This document shows positions 40,296 through 52,965 of a DNA stretch of 64,000 bases, piece after piece. Position numbers and translations under genes: made by a program. The stretch's first letter is position 1. Each line of letters starts with the position of its first letter. The stretch is from Octopus vulgaris (lineage: Eukaryota): positions 22,258,001-22,322,000 of the forward strand of contig OX597818.1 in assembly GCA_951406725.2 (NCBI GenBank), in the 5' to 3' direction. The notes under the pieces were generated by a model. The model was not told the origin of the DNA. It ran no database searches and saw nothing but the letters and a program-made list of their open reading frames with translations.

Positions 40296-40407
40296 TTTGT
40301 ATTTTTATCAGATCAGATTGGTGCCTGGTGCAGCCATCTGGCTTGCCAGTCCTCAGTTAAATCGTCCAACCCATGCCAGCATGGAAAGCGGATGTTAAAC
40401 GATGAGG

Positions 40408-41236
40408 ATGTATATATATGTAATGTGTATATATGTATATGTGTATATATATGTATATGTGTATTTATGTGTATATATATGTATATGTGTATATATATGT
40501 ATATGTGTATATATATGTATATGTATGTATATGTGTATATATGTGTATATATATGTATATGTGTATATATGTGTATATATATGTATATGTGTATATATAT
40601 GTATATGTGTATATATGTGTATATATATGTATATGTGTATATATGTGTATATATATGTATATGTGTATATATGTGTATATATATGTATATGTGTATATAT
40701 GTGTATATATATGTATATGTGTATATATGTGTATATATATGTATATGTGTATATATGTGTATATATATGTGTATATATGTGTATATATATGTATATGTGT
40801 ATATATGTGTATATATATGTATATGTGTATATATGTGTATATGTGTATATATGTGTATATATATATGTATATGTGTATATATGTGTATATATATGTATGT
40901 GTATATATGTGTATATATATGTATATGTGTATATATGTGTATATATATGTATATGTGTATATATGTGTATATATATGTATATGTGTATATATGTGTATAT
41001 ATGTGTATATATGTGTATATATATGTATATGTGTATATATGTGTATATATATGTATATGTGTATATATATGTGTATATGTGTATATATATGTATATATAT
41101 GTATATGTGTGTATATATGTATGTATATGTGTGTATATATGTGTATATATGTGTGTATATATGTATATATATGTGTGTATATATATGTATATATATATAT
41201 ATATGTATGCATACATGTATGTATATGTATATATAT
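40408..41236. repeat. ~830-bp GT/AT compound microsatellite with recurring 28-bp higher-order unit
   Basis: gtgtatatatgtgtatatatatgtatat recurs; source of the long Y/I/C/M ORFs. Confidence 0.92.
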
Positions 41237-41541
41237 GTAAAAAGCACTATCCGACTCGTAGCCGATGCCAGCACCGCGTCGTCTGGCTTCCGTGCCGGTG
41301 GCACATAAAATACACCAATCCGACCGTGGCCGTTGCCAGCCTCGCCTGGCACCTGTGCAGGTGGCACGTAAAAAGCACCCACTACACTCACGGAGTGGTT
41401 GGCGTTAGGAAGGGCATCCAGCTGTAGAAACACTGCCAGATAAGACTGGAGCCTGGTGCAGCCTTCTGGCTTCCCAGATCCCCGGTCGAACCGTCCAACC
41501 CATGCTAGCATGGAGAACGGACGTTAAACGACGATGATGAT
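41237..41541 (+). mobile_element. young RTE-tail element (CpG intact)
   Basis: aaaaagcac...ggttggcgttaggaagggcatccagctgtagaaac...ggacgttaaacgacgatgatga; further partial copies 40308-40410, 42464-42610, 42655-42700, 60225-60435, 63780-63965. Confidence 0.85.
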
Positions 41542-41639
41542 ATATGTATATGTATATATGCATACATGTATATATATGTATATATATGTATATGTGTGTA
41601 TATATGTATATATATGTGTGTATATATGTATATATTACT

Positions 41640-42000
41640 TTACTCTTTTACTTGTTTCAGTCATTTGACTGCGGCCATGCTGGAGCACCACCTTTTAGTA
41701 CTTATTCTATCGGTCTCTTTTTGCCGAACCGCTAAGTGACGGGGACCTAAACACACCAGCATCGGTTGTCAAGCAATGCTAGGGGGACAAACACAGACAC
41801 ACAAACACACACACATATACATATATATACATATATACGACAGGCTTCTTTCAGTTTCCGTCTACCAAATCCACTCACAAGGCATTGGTCGGCCCGGGGC
41901 TATAGCAGAAGACACTTGCCCAAGATGCCACGCAGTGGGACTGAACCCGCAACCGTGTGGTTGGTTAGCAAGCTACTTACCACACAGCCACTCCTGCGCC
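41640..42000 (-). mobile_element. full-length young tRNA-derived SINE family B
   Basis: Head (minus) ggcgcaggagtggctgtgtggtaag...gggttcagtccc (A/B-box-like), cttgggcaagtgtcttc core, internal microsatellite, tail gactgaaacaagtaaaaga. Confidence 0.88.
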
Positions 42001-42064
42001 TATGTGTGTATATATATGTATATATATATATGTATGCATACATGTATATATATATATATGTATG

Positions 42065-42104
<40 letters not shown>

Positions 42105-42383
42105 CATACATGTATATATATGTATATATATGTATGCATACATGTATATATATGTGTATATATATGTATATATATGTGTATGTATATATATATATATATA
42201 AGAATGAATGTTTTTATATATAATGAACGTGAAATACAGGAAGGGACGAACACGGAACACAGACAAATCATTCGAAGCCTTCAATCTTCAGTCAGACACC
42301 GAATCATCATAGCAAATTTCGGCTGTTCAATTCAATTTCGGCTGTTCAATATATATATATATATGTATGCATACATGTATGTG

Positions 42384-42423
<40 letters not shown>

Positions 42424-42736
42424 CATACATGTATGTATATGTATATATATGTCTATATATATATGTTGGCGTTAGGAAGGGCATCCAGCTGTAGAAACAC
42501 TGCCAGATCAGACTGGAGCCTGGGGCAGCCCCTGGCTCCCCAGACTCCGGTCGAACCGTCCAACCCGTGCTAGCGCGGAAAACGGACGTTAAACGATGAT
42601 GATAATGATGATATGTATGCATACATGTATATATATGTGTGTATATATATATATCCCGTGCTAGCACGGAAAACGGACTTTAAACGATGATGATGATGAT
42701 GTGTATACAAGCATTTATATATATATGTATGTATAT

Positions 42737-43100
42737 ATTCTTTTACTTGTTTCAGTCATTTGACTCTGGCCGTGCTGGAGCACCATCTTTAGTTGAGCAA
42801 ATTGACCCCAGGACTTATTCTTTGTATGCTTAGTACCTATTCTATTGGTCTCTTTTGCTGAACTGCTAAGTTACAGTGACGTAAACACACCAGCATCGGT
42901 TGTCAAGCGATTTTGAGGGGACAAACACAGGCACGCAAACATACACACGCACACACATATACGACGAGCTGCTTTCAGTTTCCGTCTACCAAATCCACTT
43001 ACAAGGCTGTAGTTGACCTGAGGCTATAGTAGAAGACACTTGCCCAAGGTGCCACACAGTTGGACTGAACCCGGAACCATGTGGTTGGTAAACAAGCTGC
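42737..43100 (-). mobile_element. SINE family B
   Basis: Colinear with 41640-42000. Confidence 0.85.
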
Positions 43101-43132
43101 CACACAGCCACTCCTATGCCTATATATATATG

Positions 43133-43181
<49 letters not shown>

Positions 43182-43221
43182 ATTATGTATGTGTATATAT
43201 ATATATATATACACACATAAC

Positions 43222-44520
43222 ATGGCTGTGTGGTAAGAAGCTTGCTTTTCAACCACATGGTTCCGGATTCAGTCCCACTGTGGGCCACCTTGGGCAAGTG
43301 TCATCTACTATAGCCTTGAGCTGACCAAACCCTTGTGAGAGGATTTAGTTAATGGAAACTGAAAAGAAACCTGTTGTATATATTGGGTTGTCCCTTAAAT
43401 AATGTGTTTATTTTTACACTTCTTTTATTTTTCAAAATTAAGGTAAACAAATTTCTTTTTTACTCTAAAGTATATTCTCCTTTGTTTTCTACAATGCTTT
43501 TCCATCTATCTGTAGTTTGACTTGTAAGGCTCCTCTTCCAAAATTCACTTGTGCATGATGAAAAATACTCCTCCAGTACTGTTCTGACCTCATCTACAGA
43601 ATTCATATTTTTTCTGTCCAAATGATTTTAATGACAGCGGAATAAATGATAATCAGATGGGGCAATGTCTGGTGAATATGGTGGGTGGGACATTATTTCC
43701 CATTGCTTCAGCCTTTTGAATGTCATCCTTGTTGTATGTGGCCAAGCATTATCCTCCTGGAAGAACATCTTTTGTCTTGAAACTAAAGATAATTGTTTTT
43801 ATTCTAGCACAGGTGTTGATGAATGGTTGAATCACCAAATCTAAGCTTCTCTGCTAGTTACTCAAGAGTTTCAATAGGATTTTGTCACACCAGAGTTTGC
43901 AAGATGTCCTTGTCATGTTCTACAGTTCTTCCAGGACGAGGCTTGTCTTCTAGGGTTAAGTTTCCAGCTCAGAATTTCTGGAACCACCACAGACACTGGC
44001 TTACTCTTATTGTCCGATCCCCATATACTGCATTAATATTCCTTGTACTTTCCGTTGTTTTGTTGCCTTTATTGAACTCATAAAGAAAAATATACTTTAA
44101 TATGCTCCTTTGTCACTTCCAATATAGCTTTGATAAAAAATTGTTAAAATCAAACTGCACTCTTCAAAACTTGCACTAAGAATAAGGACAAGGTAAAATT
44201 ACTACCTGCTTTTATAGCAAGTTGATGCAGGTAGTTTATTCCATTCCCCTTCGACTTTTAGTTCATGCTTTTGAAAACATTATTTATGGGATGACCCAGT
44301 ACATATATATATATGTGTGTGTGTGTGTCTGTGTTTGTTTCCTCCCACCATCACTTAACGACTGATGTTCGTGTTACCTCTCTGTAACTTAGTAGTTCAG
44401 CAAAAGAGACCAACAGAATAAGTACCAGGCTTAGAAAGAATAAGTCCTGGGGTTGATTTCTTCAATTAAAAGGCGGTGCTCCAGCATGGCCGCAGTCAAA
44501 TGACCGAAACAAGTAAAAGA
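43222..44520 (+). mobile_element. SINE family B split by a mariner insertion
   Basis: 5' half 43222-43380, 3' half 44302-44520. Confidence 0.8.
43381..44301 (-). mobile_element. internally deleted mariner transposon
   Basis: TIRs tattgggttgtcccttaaataatg / cattatttatgggatgacccagta; minus translation FFQEDNAWPH and HPPYSPDIAPSDYHLFR. Confidence 0.88.
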
Positions 44521-44547
44521 ATATATGTAATCAAAAATGTTATTTTA

Positions 44548-44792
44548 ACTGTTTTCTTCCCTGGAGAAAAAGTTTCACTTTAGGCAATAGGTAAACAGGT
44601 AAAAAATGTGGAAGTCATTTCAGAGCACCCGCTATGGACTATGAAATGAGTGGGTGCTCTGAAATGACTGGAAGCCTTCAGTGTTATCCAACTTGTCTAA
44701 TGCTGATGAGAGCATAAAGAGCTCAAGGTGTATATATTAATCCATTGGATGCTCTGAAGTGACTTGATAAATTTTCTCCATGGCAAAACAGT
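44548..44792. repeat. nested inverted-repeat element with 21-bp-stem hairpin
   Basis: Inner arms 44613-44633/44649-44669; third arm copy ~44747-44765; outer arms ~44548-44570/44773-44792. Confidence 0.7.
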
Positions 44793-45254
44793 GGAAATAT
44801 GGTCAAATATGCCTCAAATCTATTTGAACTGATCTAAAACATGTATATATATTTGTATCTCTCTTTTTCTTTCTCTCTGTCTGTCTGTCATTTTCATGAC
44901 ACCAGCAACGACCATGACTACAATTCACAGGTGCGTTTTACATGATATTGGTATATATGTTGTATATAAATATATGTGTATGTATATATATATATACACT
45001 ACTATACATATAAGGATGAGTTGGAAAGTAACACAGTTTTTATTTGCATTACTTTCAAGCTCTCATATATATGACTAAGATCAAGGTCTAATTCTTATAC
45101 TAATTAACAGTTTAATATATATATATATATACTCTCACATTTATACATACATTTAGAAGTGTATATATATATATATATATATATATAGATATATATATTT
45201 ATATGTATGTATGTGTGTGTGTGTGTGTGTGTCTGTCTTGTTTGTGTATAGTGT

Positions 45255-48200
45255 GGATAAGCTCCCACTACTAGAAATGCCTTGCATGGGAATCATCTGT
45301 CTGGGAAGGCAATCCATCTAGAGAGGGCAAGCTCTGACCTCAAGCTTTTGCTGCTTTGCAGCAATAGCCAACCAAGGAGAAGTTGGAAAGTTCAACCCTA
45401 AAGAAAAATCTGTTGCTGAAATCATTAAGGCTGTTCAACATTGTTCTTGTGACTTCTGCAACAATACTGGTGCCAAGCTCTACTGAACTTTGCTCTTCCA
45501 GTGGTGTGGAGAGAGGAGACCTGCTACATGGGCAACTCTGATCTCACATACTAACCCTGCACAGGACTGAACCTTTCAAAGGACTCCCTGGCACTATATA
45601 CAAAGCAACAGTTTATTGGTTATAAACCTGTGCTCAAACTGTTGTGGAGCAAAGCATCAGGAGCAGCTTTTGATAAAAGAAGAGACCAATGTGTCTTACT
45701 GTACAGCTATTGTCTACCACAAGCTGGACATACCCGAGCCAGTTAGGTGCTGTCTTACCATTACCTACCTATCTCACTAGGCACTAGGGAATGTGGTAAT
45801 GTACAGACTATGACCTCTGGACTATCACATAACCTTCTGAAGATTATGTGATAATCCAGTTTGTTGTTAATTACTACTCAAAAAACTGCAGTAATTAAGA
45901 ACAAACTACTAAAGTTTCAACTGGATATTGCAACAATACAAGAAACACATCTTGCAGAATTGACAACTCTGTACAAAAGAGACTATGCCTTTTTCTGACA
46001 TGGAAAGTGCTTAGATGAGACCATAGGGTATGATATTGGCTTGAAAAATTTATTGCTAAAACTGGAATCCAGCAAGAGAAGGACTGGGAGGATTTTCTCA
46101 CTTTAGCTCTATACAACTGACAAGCCTGTAGATCTTATCAGGTTAATGCCCAGATCCTTTACAAAGGATGAATTTTATGACCAGCTCTCAAGTACACTTA
46201 AGGAGACTCCAAACCAAGAACAACTACTATTGTTTAGTGACTTCAATGCCTGAATAGGTGCTAGCAATAAATTCCAGTCAAATTGTCTGGGCAGCACAGG
46301 ATTGGGTGCATAAATGACACAACAGATAATGATTGCTTGAGTCTTGCATGCTCCATGGATCAATACTTACTTCCAAAATAAAACCCTGCACAAAGTGTTT
46401 TGGAGACATCCTCACTCCAAACACTGGCACCAACTAGATCTGTAAATTACAAAATGTTGTCATTTGAAGAATATGCTCAGGACTCAATCCTTCCAGAGTG
46501 CTGACTGCAACACAGCCAAAGGAGATACACCATATAAAATTACCTGGCAAGCAGTGCATTGATTCTGCTATGACATGACACCCAAGTAAAGTAGAATAGT
46601 TCTGCCCTGTATGCAGACTCCTCTCTCCTTTAGATGTAGAGGCATAGGTGAGATGAGATTCTCTCTGGGATGCTGCAATGAAGGCTTTTGGTAAGAAACA
46701 GTACAAGATGCAAGATTGATTTGAAGCAAGTTCGGGAAAGCTCACCACTATCATTAAGGCAAAGTGTATTGCATTACTTAGATATGAACATCACCCCTTC
46801 CAAACTACCTTGCAAACATCAAGAACAGCAAGATGAAAGGCCCAGAAAACAGCCAGATACTGTGCAAATGATGACTGGTTACAACTCCACTTAGGCATTC
46901 AGTCATCATTTGACACAAGTAGCATCATAAAATGTATGAGGAGATAAAGAAGACTGTTGGTCCAACTATGAGCAAGACAGCACCAGTGAAAACTATAAGA
47001 AAAGAGATCATCAAAGACAAAGGCAAGCAGATGGAATGGTGGGTAGAATATTACTCTAAACTCAGATCTGTAGATAACACTGTTTTGAACAGTCTACTAG
47101 ACACCACGGAATGTCTGTCAATGATAGAGGAACTGGATACACTACTGACAGTTGAAGAACTAAGTGAAGGTATTGATTGTCTTCCTACTGGCAAGGTACT
47201 GGGATTGAATGGCGTTCTACCAGAGGTAATCAAGTATGCAATGGGCATCTTATTGCATCACCTCAGAATGCTGTGCCAGTGCTGGAAAGGAGTACTCCCT
47301 CAGGACATAGGAAAAGGCAATGTTGTTAACCTGTACAAGAACAGCAGTTAGGAGCGAATGCAGCAGCTATAGAGGAATCTCCTTGCTGAGCATCACTGGA
47401 ATGGTCTTCATTTGTATGGTCCTAAACAAACTACAGAAAAGCATTGGAAGGATATACTCTGAGTCACAGCATTGTTGCAGAGATAGTTCAAAATTCTTGC
47501 CAAGAATGGGTGCCCTTTGTTGCTACTCAGGATTGTTTAACTACTCTACACAAACATGAAAGAGGTCATTCAATTTGATGACTCTTCCTCAGAACCATTC
47601 AGTATTTGCATTGGAGTGAAAGTCTTTCAATTGAGGCTGAAAACCAAAGTACACAAAATACTCATTAGGAATATACTATTTGCAGCACTGGCAACACACT
47701 TGAAGGACCAATTGTGATGCCTCATAAATAGCCTTGTTAGAGTCTGTCAAAATTTTGGCTTAACCATCATTCTGAAGAACACAAAAATGCTAAGCTAAAG
47801 TATTGAACATTCTCCTACAATTAACAACTGTTAGCTAGAAGCATTCTATGTCTTTACATACTCTGCTCCATCATCAGACGACCTTTCCCTAGAGTGTGAG
47901 ATAAACAAGCAAATTGGAAGAGCTGTTTCAACACTAGCTAGATTAATAGCGAGGGCTTGAGAGAAGAATAAGCTGACACTGTACACCAAGGTGGTAGTTT
48001 ATAGAATTTGTGTCCTTAACACACTGTTCTATGGCAGTGACATTTGGAACATCTATGTCAGACAAGAGCTATATCTCTGTGTCTTATATCTATGCAGTCT
48101 CAGATCGAGTCTGACCATCAAGTGGAGTCTTCAGTCACCAATAGCAAGGGTTTTGCTTGTGCACAGACAGCCATTCTAGTGGGCCATATACACTGCAAAT

Positions 48201-48572
48201 CAAATGAGAGTATCCCAACAGATCTGCTTTATGGTGAACTTTCTTCTAGTAAAAGAACACATGGACAACCACCATCTTTGTTTCAAAGATGTTTGCAAGA
48301 GTCATATGAATGTTGAAAAGTGGCTGGTCATTGCAGATGATCGCTCCTGTTAGAGATAGGTACCAGACAAGGGTTTAGAAGTATGAGAGGAGAGACTGAT
48401 GATTGCTGATGAAGAAAATGCTGCACTAAGATGAGACTTTCTGAGTGGACATAGCCTTCAGTTGTAGACACTGCAACCAGAACTGCCACTCACATGTCTC
48501 TACAAAACCATAAAATCTTTATGTGTTTAGGTGTAGGTCCATGGTCATACAAGATTAACAGATACCTCCTCA
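45255..48572 (+). mobile_element. near-full-length degenerate BovB-like RTE LINE
   Basis: AP-endonuclease remnants (SDFNA, NTYFQ, WRHPHSKHWHQLD), MYEEIKKTVGP, SYRGISLLSITG, LLYGEL, C-terminal CRHC. Confidence 0.85.
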
Positions 48573-48574
48573 AA

Positions 48575-48720
48575 TATATGTATGCATACATATATATATG
48601 TGTGTATGTGTGTGTGTGTGCATATATATATATATATATACATACAAATGAATGTATGTGTGTGTATATATACATACACAAATGTATATATATCTTCATA
48701 TCTATATATATACAAATGCA

Positions 48721-48759
<39 letters not shown>

Positions 48760-48852
48760 AGAGTAACAGATACCTCATCAAATATATATGCATATGTATA
48801 TATATATGTGTGTGTGTGTATATATATATATAAAGACTAACAGATACCTCAT

Positions 48853-48943
<91 letters not shown>

Positions 48944-49024
48944 CATAAATAGCTAGATATACATATCTAGAAATCTATATTCATTTCTCTCGTTCTCTCT
49001 CTCCTTCTTTATATGTATATATAT

Positions 49025-49059
<35 letters not shown>

Positions 49060-49532
49060 TGATTCATATGAATGAATAATACATATATCTATATGTATAT
49101 AGATTTGAAAGAGATATTAGGCTTTTACCATTGATGTGTATATGAATGTATGTAGCTGTGTGTGGCAAGAGTTACGCAGATGTGCTGGTGAATAGAGAGC
49201 CTGAGAGAGTGGGCTCCCATGGTGAGTGAAGTAGGATTCATGGTATATATTCATGTTTGTGTCTTTCTATATGTTGTTCTATGTAGAAAGCTAAGATTGG
49301 AAAGATAAGCATGTAAAAACCGGGTACAAAAAATTCTTCCGATTTTGTATTTAGCTGAGAGAGAGAAAGAGATAGAAAGAGATGGAGTGTGTGTTCAGTG
49401 AAAGGAATTATTGTTCTTCCTATTTTCTCTTTGCTGTTTTGCTTTCTCTCTTTCTTTTTTAGTCATAATTTCATATCTCTGTTGCTCTCGCGTTCACTTC
49501 TGTTTCCTTCTCTCTCTCTCTTTCTTTCCCTC

Positions 49533-49599
<67 letters not shown>

Positions 49600-49770
49600 G
49601 TATGTACGCATGAATAAGCATACACACACACACACACACACATATGAAGACTTATTTGTTTGGTGCATATATACTTAGATATTTGTTTGTATATGTGTAC
49701 ATGCATAAGTGTGTGTGGATATATATGCACATAAATGCATATGTATATAGCATTAGAACACGTGTGTGTG

Positions 49771-49834
<64 letters not shown>

Positions 49835-49850
49835 ATGTATATATATAAAA
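48575..49850. repeat. TA/CA/CT microsatellite field
   Basis: Directly visible. Confidence 0.85.
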
Positions 49851-50334
49851 GCTGTATGATTGTGTATGCTGGAGAGAGACTGATTGATTTTATTGACTTC
49901 TTTGCCATTATTGATGGAATGTTCTGGTTTCAATGCACATGAGTAAGGAGCTACCCATTACCAACACATGAGGGTAGTAAATGGGTGGCACCTATCTATC
50001 TGTAGTTACTTATTTATTGGAATCAATGATGCTGGCTTTTGTTTTTTATTTATTTGTGTATTTATTGTCCTTCCCATTTTATGTATGTATTTTTTTTTTT
50101 TGTATGTCTCATTGCATGACAAATTTGTTGATTACTTACTACATCAATGCTGTTCTAAGTTTCAATAATAGGTGTATACATGTCTGTGTAATTAAGAAAT
50201 CCATTTTGTAGCTACATGGTTTTCAGTTTGATCCCACTGCATGGTACCTTGGGCAGATGTTTTCACTCATGTTCTTCATGTGATTGGAATTTCCCAAACA
50301 AAAAAAACTGGAAATCTATTTAGAGGGGTCAGTC

Positions 50335-50559
50335 CCCTTTCGTTACTGTATTTATTTTGAGATGCTCTGTATTTCTTCAAATTATTTTAAATATAACAAA
50401 GAATTTAGTAAAATAACATCATTATCATTAAGCTAGTGCTAGGAACATAAATTGTGACTAAGGTTTGGTGGAAGATTTGAATTCAAAACTTATGAAAACA
50501 AGACATTTATACTAAAGAGCCAGAGCCGGTTTCAGCCGGGTTGGTATCAAAAGGGTTAA
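50335..50559. mobile_element. piggyBac-like MITE (related copies ~53473-53702 and ~58867-59400)
   Basis: Ends ccctttcgttac / gtatcaaaagggTTAA; shared interior gaatttagtaaaataac...cattaagct; left TTAA degraded. Confidence 0.55.
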
Positions 50560-50868
50560 TCTGTAGCCTGGTTAATATTACTACATGGCACTTAGGTGCC
50601 TTTAGCAGAGTTCACTTTGTGGCAAGCATTTAGACCAGGTTTCTGATCTGAGATTAACTTCCTCCCACCAGTCTCTGAGGCCCTGAAAAAGATTATGTGC
50701 ATTGTCCTTCCTCTCCTGAAGAATTGCAAATAAATTGGGAGTTGACTGAGGTACTTGAACTCTCTTGCTTCCATTGTTCTTATATGCTGGTATAAAAAGT
50801 TGCTGTTTTAGTCTACAGTGTAACAATAATGATATCTTTATTTTTGAAATATTTTACTTATTTAATAA

Positions 50869-51504
50869 CTAGCAGTATCGCCCGGCGTTGCTCGGGTTTG
50901 TAAGGGAAATAACTATATAAGCATTTTTAGAGAGTTATAGCCAAAAAATAGCAAAAAATGCATTAAAAATGGAAAAAATATGATGGTAAATTTTTTTTTA
51001 AATCGTTGACTCATCGTAGACATTTTTAGAGAGTTACTTCCCTTATATAATAGCGAAAAAATGCATTAAAATGGAAAAAAACGATGGTAAATTTTTTTTT
51101 AAATCGTAGACTCATGTAGATGCTTTCTTAGCCATTTCTGTTTTGGTGTCTTCAAGCCATGAAGTCGTTGTTCTAAAAGAACACTGGTCTCCTTGACAAC
51201 GCATTACGACGTTGATTTCCTTACACTCCCTTCCCCACAGGTGCAGGTGTGAGCGTGGACGCCAACTCCGCCGCCATCGACACACGAAAAATTATGCATT
51301 AAAATGGAATAAAAAATGATGTTAAATTATTTTAAAAATCGTAGACTCATCGTAGACGCGCGCTAATATTCAGACGGGCTCGATATGAATCACGACTATA
51401 AGCTACCCGAATTTGGTTAAACTGTACCGCAAAATGTGGGAGTACTTAGGAATCTAAATCGAAGGGGACAGACACTCACACAACTACAGTTTTATATATA
51501 TAGA
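50869..51504 (-). mobile_element. non-autonomous Helitron (young)
   Basis: On minus: A|TCTATATATATAAAA 5' end, subterminal hairpin CCCGAGCAACGCCGGG, CTAG|T 3' end, no TSD, internal imperfect tandem repeats, CpG intact. Confidence 0.85.
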
Positions 51505-51509
51505 TATAC

Positions 51510-51905
51510 ATAGCGCAGTAGTGGTGAGATATGACAGCAAAGAAAAGCATATATTCACTCTCTGCATGCAATTAGACTCGGAAAGTTCGTGAGGAACCCA
51601 TTGACCCAATTTGCTGACTTTTCCGATAGCACACAGGTGTCAATGGAATGGTTGAATGACCAAATCCAAGCTTCTCTGCTAGTTCCTCAACAGTTACGAT
51701 GATATTTTGTTCCACCAGGGTTTTCAGGATGTCCTTGTCGAGTTCTACAGATCTTTCAGGATGAGGCTCGTCTTCTAGGCTGTAGTTTATGGCTCGGGAT
51801 TTCTGGAACCACCATTGACACTGCCTTACGCTTATTGTCCAATCCCCATATACTGCATTAATATTTCTTGTACTTTGCACACATTTATATTCTGTTATTC
51901 TTTTA
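51510..51905 (-). mobile_element. mariner transposase N-terminal fragment
   Basis: NINAVYGD..ISVRQCQWWFQK...LEDEPHPERSVE...TVEELAEKLG; WVPHEL in adjacent frame. Confidence 0.85.
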
Positions 51906-52181
51906 TATGTTTCAGCCTTGAGGTTGTGGCCATGCTGGATCATGTGTGTGTGTGTGTGTGTGTGTGTGTCTATCTGTCTGTCTGTCTGTATGTATATATG
52001 TATATGTATGTGTGTGAACAATAATATTTTCAACAGATGTGTTGCAAATGTATCTGATTGTTCTCAAGCTTCAATACTGTGTGTGTGTGTATGTGTGTGT
52101 ATGTATGTATGTATATGTATGTATGTATGTGTATGTATATGTATGTATGTATGTGTGTATGTATGTATGTGTGTGTATGTA

Positions 52182-52218
<37 letters not shown>

Positions 52219-52489
52219 ATGTATGTATGTATGTATGTATGTATGTATGAGTGTATGTTTACTTTATTACTAATTACTCTCTTCCAAGAACATTTTCACT
52301 CACTCTTAGCTCTTAGCTTCCCATACATTTTACTCATGTATCTATCAGCGTCATAGACAGAATACTTTCACTTTAGTCTTCCTCAAATCACTCTGTCGCT
52401 ATTTACTTTCATTTTATTCGTTGCCCACTGTGTGTGTGTGTTTGCGTGTGGTGTAAACCAGACTAAGAAAAGCATTTGACACACATACC

Positions 52490-52675
52490 AGAATGTGAGT
52501 TTTCTGTAAATTTTGCTTAATTGGAGTTTAAATTTTAAAAACTGGACCTGGTATGACGCGATGCGTTGTACTCTTAAAAATGCTAGGTAAATTGTAATTG
52601 AAGAAATCCTATATTGTAGATTTGTATAACTCCCAAAGGGAGGCAGATAAAATCTGCCTTTTATAATAAGAGATA
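52490..52675 (-). mobile_element. possible Helitron 5' fragment
   Basis: Minus strand starts A|TCTCTTATTATAAAAGG; no matching 3' end recognised. Confidence 0.3.
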
Positions 52676-52689
52676 ATAATAATGATGGT

Positions 52690-52690
52690 G

Positions 52691-52750
<60 letters not shown>

Positions 52751-52965
52751 GCTGCTGCTGCTGCTGCTGGCAATAATAATAAGCTGGCAGAATTGTTAGC
52801 ATACTGGGCAAAATGCTTAGCTGTGTTTCATCAGTCTTTATATTCTGAGTTCAAATTCTGCCAAGATCAACTTTGCTTTCATCCTTTCAGGATCAATAAA
52901 TTAAATACAAGTAGAACAAGCCCCCAAAATTTCAGCCTTTGTGCCTTTAGTAGAAAGGATTATTA
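52690..52965 (+). mobile_element. (ATT)n-(GCT)n followed by SINE family A
   Basis: Visible repeats and SINE motifs. Confidence 0.8.

Noticed and set aside
41930-42000. tRNA gene
   Set aside because: A/B-box-like head of a SINE; continues into the SINE body and no full cloverleaf is evident
40251-42667. Long Y/I/C/M/H/T-rich ORFs (up to 348 aa), and similar ones at 25.5, 34, 48.5, 49.5, 52 and 57.5 kb
   Set aside because: Stop-free GT/AT microsatellites and SINE sequence with no coding features
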